Source: Malacoraja senta (Eukaryota). Taken from it: DNA of 50,654 bases. Position numbers and translations under genes: made by a program. A model generated the notes under the pieces. The model saw only the letters and a program-made list of their open reading frames with translations. It had not been told where the DNA came from and searched no databases. Position 1 is the stretch's first letter. Every line of letters starts with the position of its first letter. Below, piece by piece: positions 1 through 9,884 of this stretch. Where the stretch lies: positions 248,001 to 298,654 of the forward strand of contig JAXLNO010000406.1 in NCBI GenBank assembly GCA_038087875.1, given 5' to 3'.

Positions 1-270
1 AATGCAGCGCTGGAGACCCGGGTTCCATCCCCACTACGGATGCTGTCCGTACGGAGTTTGTACGTTCCCCCTGTGACCTGCATGGGTTTTCTCCGAGATC
101 TTCGGTTTACTCCCACACTCCAAACACGTACAGGTTTGTAGGTGAATTGGCTTGATAAATGTAAAAATTGTCACTAGTGGGTGTGGGATAGTGTTAGTGT
201 GCGGGGACGCTGGTAGGCGCGGACCCGGTGGGCCGAAGGGCCTGTTTCCGCGCTGTATCTCTAAACTAAA
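1..270 (+). mobile_element. tRNA-derived V-SINE (HE1-like), 5' end cut by window edge
   Basis: B-box-like GGTTCCATCCC, V-SINE core (GGAGTTTGTACGTTC...GGGTTTTCTCC), LINE-type 3' end GGGCCGAAGGGCCTGTTTCCGCGCTGTATCT and (CTAAA)n tail; same family at 785, 30232, 40235, 41092. Confidence 0.85.
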
Positions 271-333
271 ACATGATTACAATCGAGCCATTTACAGTGT
301 ACAGATAAATGATAAGGGAATAAGGTTTAGTGC

Positions 334-753
334 AGTAGACAATAGGTGCAGGAGTAGGCCATTCGGCCCTTCGAGCCAGCACCGCCATTCAATGTGATCA
401 TGGCTGATTATCCACAATCAATACCCCGTTCCTGCCTTCTCCCCATATCCCCTGACTCCGCTATCTTTAAGAGCTCCATCTAACTCTCTTGAAAACCGGC
501 CTCCACCGCCCTCTGAGGCAGAGAATTCCACAGACTCACAACTCTCTGGGTGAAAAAGTATTTCCTCATCTCTGTTCTAAATGGCTTACCCCTTATTCTT
601 TAAACCGTGGCCCCTGGTTCTGGGCTCCCCCAACATCGGGAACATGTTTCCTGCCTCTAGCATGTCCAAACCCTTAATAATCTTACATGTTCCAATAAGA
701 TGCCCTCTCATCCTTCTAACCTCCAGAGTGTACAAGCCCAGCCGCTCCATTCT
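334..753 (-). mobile_element. CR1 LINE 3' fragment
   Basis: Reverse complement of CR1 ORF2 C-terminus and 3' UTR; closely matches the copy at 49829-50654. Confidence 0.85.
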
Positions 754-784
754 GTGACTATAAACTGAGCTAATAATAATAAAT

Positions 785-1310
785 AGGGCGTCACGGTGGT
801 GCAGCGTTAGAGTTGCTGCCTCACAGCGCGAGAGACCCGGGTTCGTTCCTGACTAGAGGTACCGTCTGTACGGAGTTTGTACGGTCCCCCCGTGACCTGC
901 GTGGGTTTTCTCCGGGTGCTGTGGTTTCCTCCCACACTCTGAAGACCCGCAGGTTGGTAGGATGTGTAGGAAGGAACGGCAGATGCTGGTTTAAACCGAA
1001 GATAGACACAAAATGCTGGAGAAACTCAGCGGGACAGGCAGCATCTCCAGAGAGAAGGAATGGGTGATGTTTTGGGTCGAAGGTCTCAACCCAGAACATC
1101 ACCTTTTTATTTGTTTGCCTGCCCCGCTGCGTTACTCCAGCTTGTTGTATCTATTGCCAGGTTTGTAGATTCATTGGCTTCAGTTAACAAATTGTAAATT
1201 GTCCCCACTGTGTAGGATAGTGCTAGTGTAAGGGGTGATCGCTGGTCAGCAGGGACTCAGGGGGGCCGAAGGGCCTGTTTCCGAGCTGTATCTTTGATGT
1301 CTGAAGTTTG
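785..1310 (+). mobile_element. HE1-like V-SINE interrupted by a palindromic Penelope-derived insert
   Basis: A/B-box head (CACGGTGGTGCAGCG...GGTTCGTTCC), core and 3' tail; insert at 961-1157. Confidence 0.85.
961..1157. mobile_element. Short palindromic Penelope pLTR-derived element (degenerate)
   Basis: Same sequence family as 9299-9516; flanked by CAGGTTGGTAG (950-960) and CAGGTTTGTAG (1158-1168), an 11 bp TSD with one mismatch. Confidence 0.75.
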
Positions 1311-1486
1311 AGGTCTTTTTCTCGAGTTGAAACTGGCACGCAGCAATGCTGAGAACTATATTCTGCACTCTGTATCTCCCGCTTTGCTCTACCTATTGGA
1401 CTTGAGTTTGACCTAATTATACTCATGGAGACACAAAGAACTGCAGATGCCAGTTTACAAAGGATATACACAGATTGCTGGAGTAA

Positions 1487-4372
1487 GATAGATAGATAGA
1501 TAGAATCTTTATTTGCCACACGACCAGGGTTGGTGGTATTTGGGTTCGGTACATGATGGTACACTGCTTTAGTCACATTAACACTAATAACAACACAGAT
1601 CATAATAATAAAGTGCATCCATACCACATCACAAATCACAAATCTCACCAACAATACATAGTGCAAAAGAACAGACAAAAACCATAGACAAGACACTGTA
1701 TACATCAAAGTCAAAAAGTTATTGGAGGGAATTAAGTGTTCTTATTGCTGAGGGGAAGAAACTGTTTTTAAAACGGGTGGATTTTGTAGCAAGTGACCTA
1801 AGGCGCCTCCCTGAAGGGAGAGACTGGAAAAGGTGGTTTGCTGGATGGGAGGGGTCCAAGATGATCTTTGTTGCCCGTTTTGAGGTACGTTGGAGGTAAA
1901 TGGAATGGATTGAGGGGAGGGGAGAGTTGATGATCCTAGAGGCCTTGGAGACAATGCGCTGTATTCTGTGTAGTGAATGACTGTCAGTGTTTCCGTACCA
2001 GACTGTAATTGAGGAAGTGATGATGCTTTCAATGATGGATTGATAGAAGCGGACCAGGAGGTGTTTGTGGACTCTGAACTTTTTGAGCTGTCTGAGGAAG
2101 TATAGGCGTTGTTGTCCTTTCTTAATGATATGGTCAGCATTGATGTGCCATTTTAGATTATTGCAGATATAGGTGCCCAGAAACTTAAATAAGTTCGTGG
2201 AGGCTATGGGATGGGAGTTGACATGGACCGGGGGTTTGAGGTTTTGTTTGCGTCTGAAATCTATGATGGTTTCTAAGGTTTTTGAGGTGTTGAGCTGGAG
2301 GTTGTTTTCTGCGCACCATTTGACTGTGCTGTCCACTGTTTGATGGTATTGTGATTCATTGTTGTCTGAGATGAGGCCAATTATTGTCGTGTCATCTGCA
2401 TATTTGAAAATTTTAACTGAGCTGCATTGGGATGTGAGGTTGTTGGTGTAAAGTGAGAAGAGCTGAGGTGACAGAACGCACCCTTGAGGGGCTCCTGTAT
2501 TGAGAGTCAGAGGGCTGGAGAGTTTTTCACCCACCTTGACTCTTTGTTCTCTGTTTGTCAGAAAATGTAAAATCCAATGGCACATGGCTAGGTGAATGCC
2601 CATGTCCAACAGTTTATTGTAGACTTTAATTGGGTGTATAGTATTAAAGGCCGAGCTAAAATCTATAAACAGGATGCGTGCATAAGTGTTCGGTGATTCC
2701 AAATGATGTAGGGAGTAGTGAAGAGCTAAGTTGATAGCATCCTCCACAGACCGGTTGGCGCTGTATGCAAATTGAAAAGGGTCCATGATTGGGACAGTGT
2801 ATGTTTTCAGATGGGTGAGGACTATGTGCTCAAAGGCCTTCATGGCAACTGATGTTAGTGCAACAGGTCTAAAATCGTTCAGACAGCTCACCTTGGAGGA
2901 CTTGGGCACAGGGATGATAATGGATGCTTTAAAACACTGCGGAACTCTACATTGGCTGAGGGAAGTGTTAAAGAAGGAGGTGAACACAGGAGCCAGCTGA
3001 GCTGCACATTGGTTAAGAGCAGCGGGGCTGAGGTCGTCTGGCCCTGCCGCTTTTCTTTTATTAAGATTTTTGAAGGCCGCCCTCACCACCTCCTCAGAGA
3101 TGGTGAATGGTGCTGAGTTAGGTGGGGGGGGGGGAGGCATGGATGGCGGGGTGACATTATCAAAGCGTGCATAAAAAGTGTTCAATTTTTCCGGTAAGTC
3201 CGGATCCTCATCTGAGATGGGAACAGGACGTTTTTTGTAGTCCGTCATCTTCTGTAGATTTTTCCAGACTTCTCTTGAATTCTGAGTTTTGAATTGTTGT
3301 TCCAATTTCTTTTGCAGACCTGAGTTCATATTTTGCTATTTTGTATTGATCAATGTTTCCATTGGTGTAGGCTGCATTTTTCTTTTTGCGAAAAAGTTGT
3401 ATATCCTTGTTGAACCAGGGTTTTCCATTACTGGGTATTGTGACAGTTTTGTAGGGGACGCACAGTTCTTCACAGTAGCGGACGTATGACGTCACCACTT
3501 CAGTGTACACGTCGATGTTGTTGCCGGATGCGTCGAGGAAGAGGTCCCAGTCAGTGCATTCAAAACATCCCCTTAACGTTTCGATGACATCCTCTGACCA
3601 GGACTTAACGGTTATTGTTTTGGGCTTGATGGATTTCAGTTTTTGTTTGTATGCGGGGATGAGCAGCAGCATTACATGATCTGATTTGCCCAATGGAGCA
3701 CGAGGAAAGGCACGGTACGCGCCAGTGATGTTAGTGTAACAATGATCCAAAATATTGTTTGCTCTGCTCGGGCATGTAACTTGCTGAGTGTAGTTAGGGA
3801 GTTCTTTAGTTAGACAGCTGTGGTTGAAATCGCCCAAGGCTATAATGATGGAATCAGGACGTGAGCTTTCCATGCAGGAAATGTGCTGTGCTAACATATC
3901 CATAGCCGTGTTAGCATTAGCGTCGGGTGGAACGTAGACGCCAATTAACACAACAGATGAGAATTCCCTGGGTAGATAGAACGGTCTGATGTTCAGACTG
4001 AGGAATTCAATATCAGGGGAGCAGTGTTGTGCTTGTACAGTGATGTTATTGCACCAGCATTGATTGACAAGGAAGCAGATACCCCCACCCTTGGACTTGT
4101 GTGACAGCCCTGCCGACCTATCGCCTCTGTAGATGGTAAAGCCAGGTGGGGTTACTGCTGAGTCGGGAACAGATTGATCCAGCCAGGTTTCCGTGAAGCA
4201 AATGGCAGATGACTCCTTATACTCTCTCCTTGAGTGGATCAGAAGCTGGAGTTCGTCCATCTTGTTCCGAAGTGACCGGACGTTGGAGAGTAGTAGTGCC
4301 GGTAGTGGAGGCCGGTAGGGCTGCTTCCTGAACCGAGCCCGGACTCCTGCTCGCCGTCGACCGGGCCGAGCT
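1487..4372 (-). mobile_element. Rex1/Babar-clade non-LTR retrotransposon, near-complete ORF with one frameshift
   Basis: APE endonuclease plus RT ORFs, then 3' AATAAA and (TCTA)n tail at 1487-1504. Confidence 0.85.
1719..3329 (-). CDS. Rex1/Babar reverse transcriptase domain (element ORF, 3' part)
   Basis: KAAGPD, FRPVALTS, FIDFSSAFNTI, GAPQGCVLSP, YADD, FKFLG, QRLYFLR motifs. Confidence 0.85.
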   Translation of the reverse strand: MNSGLQKKLEQQFKTQNSREVWKNLQKMTDYKKRPVPISDEDPDLPEKLNTFYARFDNVTPPSMPPPPPPNSAPFTISEEVVRAAFKNLNKRKAAGPDDLSPAALNQCAAQLAPVFTSFFNTSLSQCRVPQCFKASIIIPVPKSSKVSCLNDFRPVALTSVAMKAFEHIVLTHLKTYTVPIMDPFQFAYSANRSVEDAINLALHYSLHHLESPNTYARILFIDFSSAFNTIHPIKVYNKLLDMGIHLAMCHWILHFLTNREQRVKVGEKLSSPLTLNTGAPQGCVLSPQLFSLYTNNLTSQCSSVKIFKYADDTTIIGLISDNNESQYHQTVDSTVKWCAENNLQLNTSKTLETIIDFRRKQNLKPPVHVNSHPIASTNLFKFLGTYICNNLKWHINADHIIKKGQQRLYFLRQLKKFRVHKHLLVRFYQSIIESIITSSITVWYGNTDSHSLHRIQRIVSKASRIINSPLPSIHSIYLQRTSKRATKIILDPSHPANHLFQSLPSGRRLRSLATKSTRFKNSFFPSAIRTLNSLQ

Positions 4373-4377
4373 AACAA
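3208..4377 (-). CDS. Rex1/Babar AP-endonuclease domain (element ORF, 5' part; frameshift near 3320)
   Basis: NVRSLRNK, CFTETWL, GGGICF, FYLPREFS, GDFNH, LDHCY, SDH motifs. Confidence 0.85.
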   Translation of the reverse strand: MLARPGRRRAGVRARFRKQPYRPPLPALLLSNVRSLRNKMDELQLLIHSRREYKESSAICFTETWLDQSVPDSAVTPPGFTIYRGDRSAGLSHKSKGGGICFLVNQCWCNNITVQAQHCSPDIEFLSLNIRPFYLPREFSSVVLIGVYVPPDANANTAMDMLAQHISCMESSRPDSIIIALGDFNHSCLTKELPNYTQQVTCPSRANNILDHCYTNITGAYRAFPRAPLGKSDHVMLLLIPAYKQKLKSIKPKTITVKSWSEDVIETLRGCFECTDWDLFLDASGNNIDVYTEVVTSYVRYCEELCVPYKTVTIPSNGKPWFNKDIQLFRKKKNAAYTNGNIDQYKIAKYELRSAKEIGTTIQNSEFKRSLEKSTEDDGLQKTSCSHLR

Positions 4378-4384
4378 TGATCTA

Positions 4385-5206
4385 TTGGTTGGCAGACAGG
4401 AAATAAAGAGTAGGGATTAACGGGTCCCTTTCAGACAGGCGGGCAGTGACTAGTGGGGTACCGCAAGGCTCGGTGCTGGGACCGCAACTACTTACAATAT
4501 ACATCAATGATTTAGATGAAGGGATTCAAAGTAACATTAGCAAATTTGCAGATGACACAAAGCTGGGTGGCAGTGTGAACTGTGAGGAGGATGCTATGAG
4601 GATGCAGGGTGACTTGGACAGGTTGGGGGAGTGGGCAGGTGCAAGGCAGATGAAGTTTAATGTGGATAAATGTGAGGTTATCCACTTTGGTGGCAAAAAC
4701 AGGAAGGTCGATTACTATCTAAATGGTGTCAAGTTGGGAAAAGGGGAAGTACAACGGGATCTGAGGGGTCCTTGTTCAGCAGTCAATGAAAGTAAGCATG
4801 CAGGTACAGCAGGCAGTGAAGAAAGCATATGGCATGTTGACCTTCATAACAAGAGGAGTTGAGTATAGGAGCAAAGAGTTCCTTCTGCAGTTGTACAGTG
4901 CCCTAGTGAGACCACACCTGGAGTATTATGTGGAGTTTTGGTCTCCTAATTTGAGGAAGGACATTCTTGCTAGTGAGGGAGTGCAGCGTAGGTTTATAAG
5001 GTTAATTCCCGGGATGGCGCACTGTCATATGCTGAGAGAATGGAGCTGTTGGGCTTGTATGCTCTGGAATTTAGAAGGATGGGAAATATCTTATGGAAAC
5101 ATATACAATTATTAAGGGATTGGACAGGCTAGATGCAGGAAAAATGTTTCTGATGTTGGGGGAGTCCAGAACCAGGGGTCACACAGGTTAAGAATAAGGG
5201 GTAGGC
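4385..5206 (+). mobile_element. CR1 LINE internal RT fragment (frameshifted)
   Basis: GVPQGSVLGP, KFADDTK, FNVDKCEV, LVRPHLEY in ORFs 4446-4862 and 4786-5115. Confidence 0.9.
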
Positions 5207-5267
5207 TGATATCTGAAGGGGCTGCTCCTCAAGTTTTGGTTGCATTTTAGTCCTACGATTCTGGTTT

Positions 5268-6734
5268 TTGGACACAAGGCAGGGAGTGAGGAGAGCCAAT
5301 CGGGGGGGGGGGGGCTCGATGTCGGTTTGCTCCTGGGCCTGTGGTGGAGCAAACGGCTTCACACTGCCGGCTGGAGCCGTGCCCTACTTCCTGATTCGGG
5401 ACGAGCTCGTATTGCACGACGGCGTGGTGGTGAAGGGTCACAAAGTGGTCGTGCCCGCGGCGCTGCACGACCACTATTTTCAGGTCGTACACCGCGGTCA
5501 CACTGGGGCCGAAGCCACTTTGTCTCTCGCCAAGGCACAGTTCTATTGGCCGGATATGGCAAAGTACACCCGGGAGAGGGTCTCCACGTGTTCCACCTGC
5601 AACAGCCGCGCCCCCCATCAGCAGCGTCAGCCGCTTCTACAGCAGCCCGCGCCCGGACTGCCCTGGATGGCGCTCGCCACAGACATTTTCGAGTGGCGGG
5701 GCAAACATTTCCTGGTACTCGTTGACTTCTACTCCAGCTGGTTTGCGGTTGACCGGCTGCCTTCCGTGACCTCTTCGGCCGTCATCGACAGGTTGGACCC
5801 TCACTTTAGCACTTTTGGCCCCCCGGCAAGCCTGCAGTCGGACAATGGCAGCCAGTTCACGAGCTCCGAGTTTAAAGCGTTCGCTTCCAGATGGAACTTT
5901 CGCCATTTCACAAGCAGCCCGGAGTACCCGCAAAGCAACGGTTTGGCCGAGCGCGCAGTCCGCAGTGCTAAGCACCTGTTGGAACAGTGTGGTGGCATTA
6001 ACTCCGACTTCCACCTGGCCCTCCTCAGCCTTCGGAACATCTCTCGCGACCCTGCCATGGGTTCACCTGCTCAGCGGCTCCTGTCTCGCGCTACCAGGCT
6101 CCCACTCCCGGTGGCCCAGCGATCCCTCATACCCTCGGTCCTTCCACCTGCGGCGGTTCAGAAACGGATTGCCTTCAGGCAAGACGTCCAAAAGCGGTCC
6201 CATGACAGGTCCTGCCACCCGCTGCCGCCCCTCTTCCCCGGTCAAGTAGTCCGTATGCAGACCACTCCCGGTCACTCCAAGCTCGCTACTGTCGTCGGCT
6301 CTGCGGGGTCGCCCAGGTCCTATTTCGTGGACTACGCTGGGACCATTTACCGACGGTCTCGCCAGCACCTTCGGCTCGTCCACGAGCCGCGTCCTCCTCC
6401 CGCCGATCGCTTTGCCCCCCCGCTGCCTGTTTCCCGTCCGGCCGTTGCCCTGCCCGTGATTCCCTGCATGCCTCGCTCTGCTCCTCCTTCGCCCCCTCCG
6501 CTCCAACACACTCCGACTAGTCCTCGCACGCCTCCCCGCGCTCTCCCCGGTCCCGGCCCCGCATCCCCTCCGGTTTCGGTGCCGCGATCTCTTCCGTTTC
6601 CTCCCGTTTCTCCCTTTCAGGTTCGTCTGTCCCCGCTGGTGCCTCTTCCTCCTCCAGGAAGGGTGGATGGCGAGACGCGAACCCGGGCGGGACGTCTGGT
6701 CAAACCGCCTGACCGCTATGGCGATGTTGCCTAG
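5268..6734 (+). CDS. Gypsy/Ty3 pol C-terminal part: integrase (homology starts near 5363)
   Basis: H-H-C-C zinc finger (HRGH...CSTC), D-D-E core (ATDIF, SDNGSQF, NGLAERAV), Pro-rich tail ending TRAGRLVKPPDRYGD. Confidence 0.9.
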   Translation: MDTRQGVRRANRGGGGSMSVCSWACGGANGFTLPAGAVPYFLIRDELVLHDGVVVKGHKVVVPAALHDHYFQVVHRGHTGAEATLSLAKAQFYWPDMAKYTRERVSTCSTCNSRAPHQQRQPLLQQPAPGLPWMALATDIFEWRGKHFLVLVDFYSSWFAVDRLPSVTSSAVIDRLDPHFSTFGPPASLQSDNGSQFTSSEFKAFASRWNFRHFTSSPEYPQSNGLAERAVRSAKHLLEQCGGINSDFHLALLSLRNISRDPAMGSPAQRLLSRATRLPLPVAQRSLIPSVLPPAAVQKRIAFRQDVQKRSHDRSCHPLPPLFPGQVVRMQTTPGHSKLATVVGSAGSPRSYFVDYAGTIYRRSRQHLRLVHEPRPPPADRFAPPLPVSRPAVALPVIPCMPRSAPPSPPPLQHTPTSPRTPPRALPGPGPASPPVSVPRSLPFPPVSPFQVRLSPLVPLPPPGRVDGETRTRAGRLVKPPDRYGDVA

Positions 6735-6790
6735 CTATCCTAGCGCATGAGCCGTGGTCGCCATGTCACCTTTGTATTTGCCTGTCGTTT

Positions 6791-6996
6791 CGGGGAGGAA
6801 GGAGGTAGATGAGATATGCATGTGCCTTTAACATAGTGACCTCACACCCACTAACCACTCCCCATATCACAAGTATAACTACAACCTCCACACCCACAGA
6901 TCGCCCTCTAGTTCCTGTGACAGACCACGTACAGCTAGTGCAATGTATAATGTCCAGTATGAATAAAGATAGTAAAGTAACGATGTCTCGATATCA
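6791..6996 (+). mobile_element. Gypsy polypurine tract and putative 3' LTR
   Basis: GGGGAGGAAGGAGG right after the integrase, then about 190 bp with AATAAA (6962) ending in CA. Confidence 0.55.
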
Positions 6997-7002
6997 ATCC
7001 TT

Positions 7003-7740
7003 TACACACTGGAAGCTCATTCCACACAGCTACCACTCTCTGAGTAAAGAAGTTCCCCCTAATGTTCCCCCTAAACTTCTGTCTCTTAATTCTCAAGTCA
7101 TGTCCCCTTGTTTGAATCTTCCCTACTCTCAATGGGAAAAGCTTATCCACGTCCACTCTGTCTAACCCGCTCATAATTTTAAAGACCTCTATCAAGTCCC
7201 CTCTTAACCTTCTGCGCTCCAAAGAATAAAGACCTAACTTGTTCAACCTTTCTCTGTAACTTAGTTGCTGAAACCCAGGCAACATTCTAGTAAATCTCCT
7301 CTGTACTCTCTCTATTTTGTTGACATCCTTCCTATAATTAGGCGACCAAAATTGTACTCCATACTCCAGAATTGGCCTCACCAATGCCTTGTACAATTTT
7401 AACATTACATCCCAACTTCTATATTCAATGCTCTGATTTATAAAGGCCAGCACACCAAAAGCTTTCTTTACCACCCTATCTACATGAGATTCCACCTTCA
7501 GGGAACTATGCACAGTTATTCCTAGATCCCTCTGTTCAACTGCATTCCTCAATTCGCTACCATTTACCGTGTACGTCCTATTTTGATTTGTCCTGCCGAG
7601 ATGTAGCACCTCACATTTGTCAGCATTAAACTCCATCTGCCATCTTTCAGCCCACTCTTCCAAATGGCCTAAATCTCTCTGTAGACTTTGAAAATCTACT
7701 TCATTATCCACAACACCACCTATCTTAGTATCATCTGCAT
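7003..7740 (-). mobile_element. CR1 LINE ORF2 C-terminal fragment
   Basis: ORF 6935-7711: WQMEFNADKC, QRDLG, LVRPILEY, RRRLRGDLIE, FFTQRVV. Confidence 0.9.
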
Positions 7741-8875
7741 ACTGCAGATGCTCGTAAAATCGAAAGTAGACACAAAATGCTTGTTTAACTCATTGGGTGA
7801 GGCAGCATCTATGGAACGAAGGAATGGGCGACGTTTCTGGTCAAGACCCTTCTTCAGACTAATGTCAGGGCAGGGGGCGGGACAAAGATAGCATGTAGGC
7901 AGAGACAGTAAGACTAGTGGGAGAACTGGGAAAGGGAAGAGGATGGAGAGAGAAAGCAAGGACTTTCTGAAGTTGGAGAAGTCAATGTTCATACCACTGC
8001 AGTATGAACTACCCAAGCGAAATATGTTGTGCTAATCCTCCAATTTGAGCTGGCCCTCACTCTGACAATGGAGGAGGCCCAGGACAGAAAGGTCAGATTG
8101 GGAATGGGAGGGGGAGTTGAAGGGCTGGGCCACTAGGAGATCAGGTAGGTTACGACGGAATGAGCAGAGGTGTACAGCATAACGATCGCCGAGCCTGCGC
8201 TTGGTCTCGCCGATGTAGAGAAGTTGACACCTGGAACAGCGGATACAGTAGATGAGGTTGGAGGAGGTGGAAGTGAACCTCTGCCTCACCTGGAAATACT
8301 GTTTAGGTCCTTGGATGGAGTCGAGGAGGGAAGTAAAGGGACAGGTGTTGCATCTCCTGCGGTTGCAGGGGAAAGTACCTGGGGAAGAGGTGGTTTGGTT
8401 GGGAAGGGGCGAGTTGACCAGGGAATTATGGAGGGAATGGTCTCTGCGGAAAGCAGAAAAGGGTGGATATGGGAAGATGTGGCCAGTAGTGGGATCCCGT
8501 TGGAGGTGGCGAAAATGTTTGGATTGTATGCTGTATATTCCCTGCAGCCACAGCAGATGCAACACCTGTCCCTTTACCTCCCCCTCGACTCCATCCAAGA
8601 ACCTAATCAGACTTTCCAGGTGAGGCAGAGGTACACTTGCACATCCTCCAACCTCATCTACTGTATCCGCTGTTCCAGGTGTCAATTTCTGTACATCAGT
8701 GAGACCAAGCGTAGGCTCGGCAATCGTTTCGCTGAACACCTCCGCTCAGTCCGTCTTAACCTATCTAATATCCCGGTGACCCAGCACTTCACCTCCCCCT
8801 CCCATACCCAATCTGACCCTTCTGTCCTGGGCCTCCTCCATTTCCAGGGTGGGGCCCAGCGCAAATTGGAGGATC
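7741..8875. mobile_element. Penelope-like element fragments (GIY-YIG endonuclease) in inverted arrangement, with pLTR
   Basis: Minus 7741-8520 and plus 8540-8875 both encode CxxxRCxTC...NLIYCIRCSRC..LYIGETKRRLGDRF; pLTR-like segment at 7741-7860. Confidence 0.85.
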
Positions 8876-9298
8876 AATGAGATGTATCAATTTCGTTGAA
8901 CCTTGGTGTTAAATGACAATAAATGGCATTCTAAATTCTAAATTTGTCGATATGGTCATTTGCAAAATCCAATTCCGATTCTTCTGGTCCTTTTAAATTT
9001 TTTCACCAATTCTTCAGATAGAATATTGGGCCAAGGGCAGATAAGGATGGAACCATAATGCTGGAAAGTGAGGGCGGAGTAGCAGCGACTGTGAAAGATA
9101 AAATCTGAGCCTCGATCGGAATCCACTGAGGAAGCAGGATTAGTAAGATTAAACGAGAACTTACCTAAGTTTGAAGTTTGATCTTTATTTTATGAGGAGT
9201 TACGTAGGTGATTACGTGAAGAACCCCGCCAGTGCGCCTGCGCGTCAATCTTCAAAGCAGCGGTGTGAAATCACAAAAAACAACAACCAAAGTAATAT

Positions 9299-9516
9299 GT
9301 TAAAGAAGGAACTGCAGATGCTGGAAAATCGAAGGTACACAAAAATGCTGGAGAAACTCAGCGGGTGCAGCAGCATCTATGGAGCGAAGGAAATAGGTAA
9401 CGTTTCGGGCCGAAACCCTTCTTCAGACTGAAGAAGGGTTTCGGCCCGAAACGTTACCTATTTCCTTCGCTCCATAGATGCTGCTGCACCCGCTGAGTTT
9501 GTCCAGCATTTTTGTG
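9299..9516. mobile_element. Palindromic Penelope pLTR-derived element with hammerhead-like cores
   Basis: Near-perfect palindrome 9338-9516 centred on 9427; 14 bp TSD AACCAAAGTAATAT at 9285-9298 and 9517-9530. Confidence 0.85.
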
Positions 9517-9602
9517 AACCAAAGTAATATAGTCTCATAATAAAACGAGTAATACAAGAACTTCCATCTGACCTTTATGATAGAGGGTAGGGTCGTGGTG
9601 GG

Positions 9603-9713
9603 CACGTAATCACCTACGTAACTCCTCATAAAATAAAGATCAAACTTCAAACTTAGGTAAGTTCTCGTTTAATCTTACTATTTTCCTTCGGAGTCACGTG
9701 AGTGACTACGTGA
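9603..9713. repeat. DIRS internal complementary region (ICR)
   Basis: 9603-9680 is the reverse complement of 9141-9218; 9681-9713 is the reverse complement of 28671-28703 with one mismatch. Confidence 0.92.
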
Positions 9714-9884
9714 CGATTTTAAAGCTTTGTGATTTCATGCCGTAGATCAATCCCGGCTTCTCACTGCATTGATTGACTCGGAACGAGAATAATCAATCAT
9801 GCATTCATAATAACATTTGTACCACAAATGCAGTAATTCATTTCATTAATGAAATTAATCAGATCCCCTTTAAACCAGAGGAAT

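Noticed and set aside
785..870. tRNA genes at SINE heads (also 30232, 40480, 41280)
   Set aside because: A/B boxes continue into SINE core and tail; no complete cloverleaf
5240..6529. Multiple overlapping ORFs on both strands
   Set aside because: Shadow ORFs of the GC-rich Gypsy integrase
9141..9713. Nested inverted repeats and twin ORFs MKFDLYFMRSYVGDYV on both strands as a novel system or CRISPR-like array
   Set aside because: Explained by the DIRS terminus/ICR plus an inserted palindrome; no repeat-spacer periodicity and no cas genes
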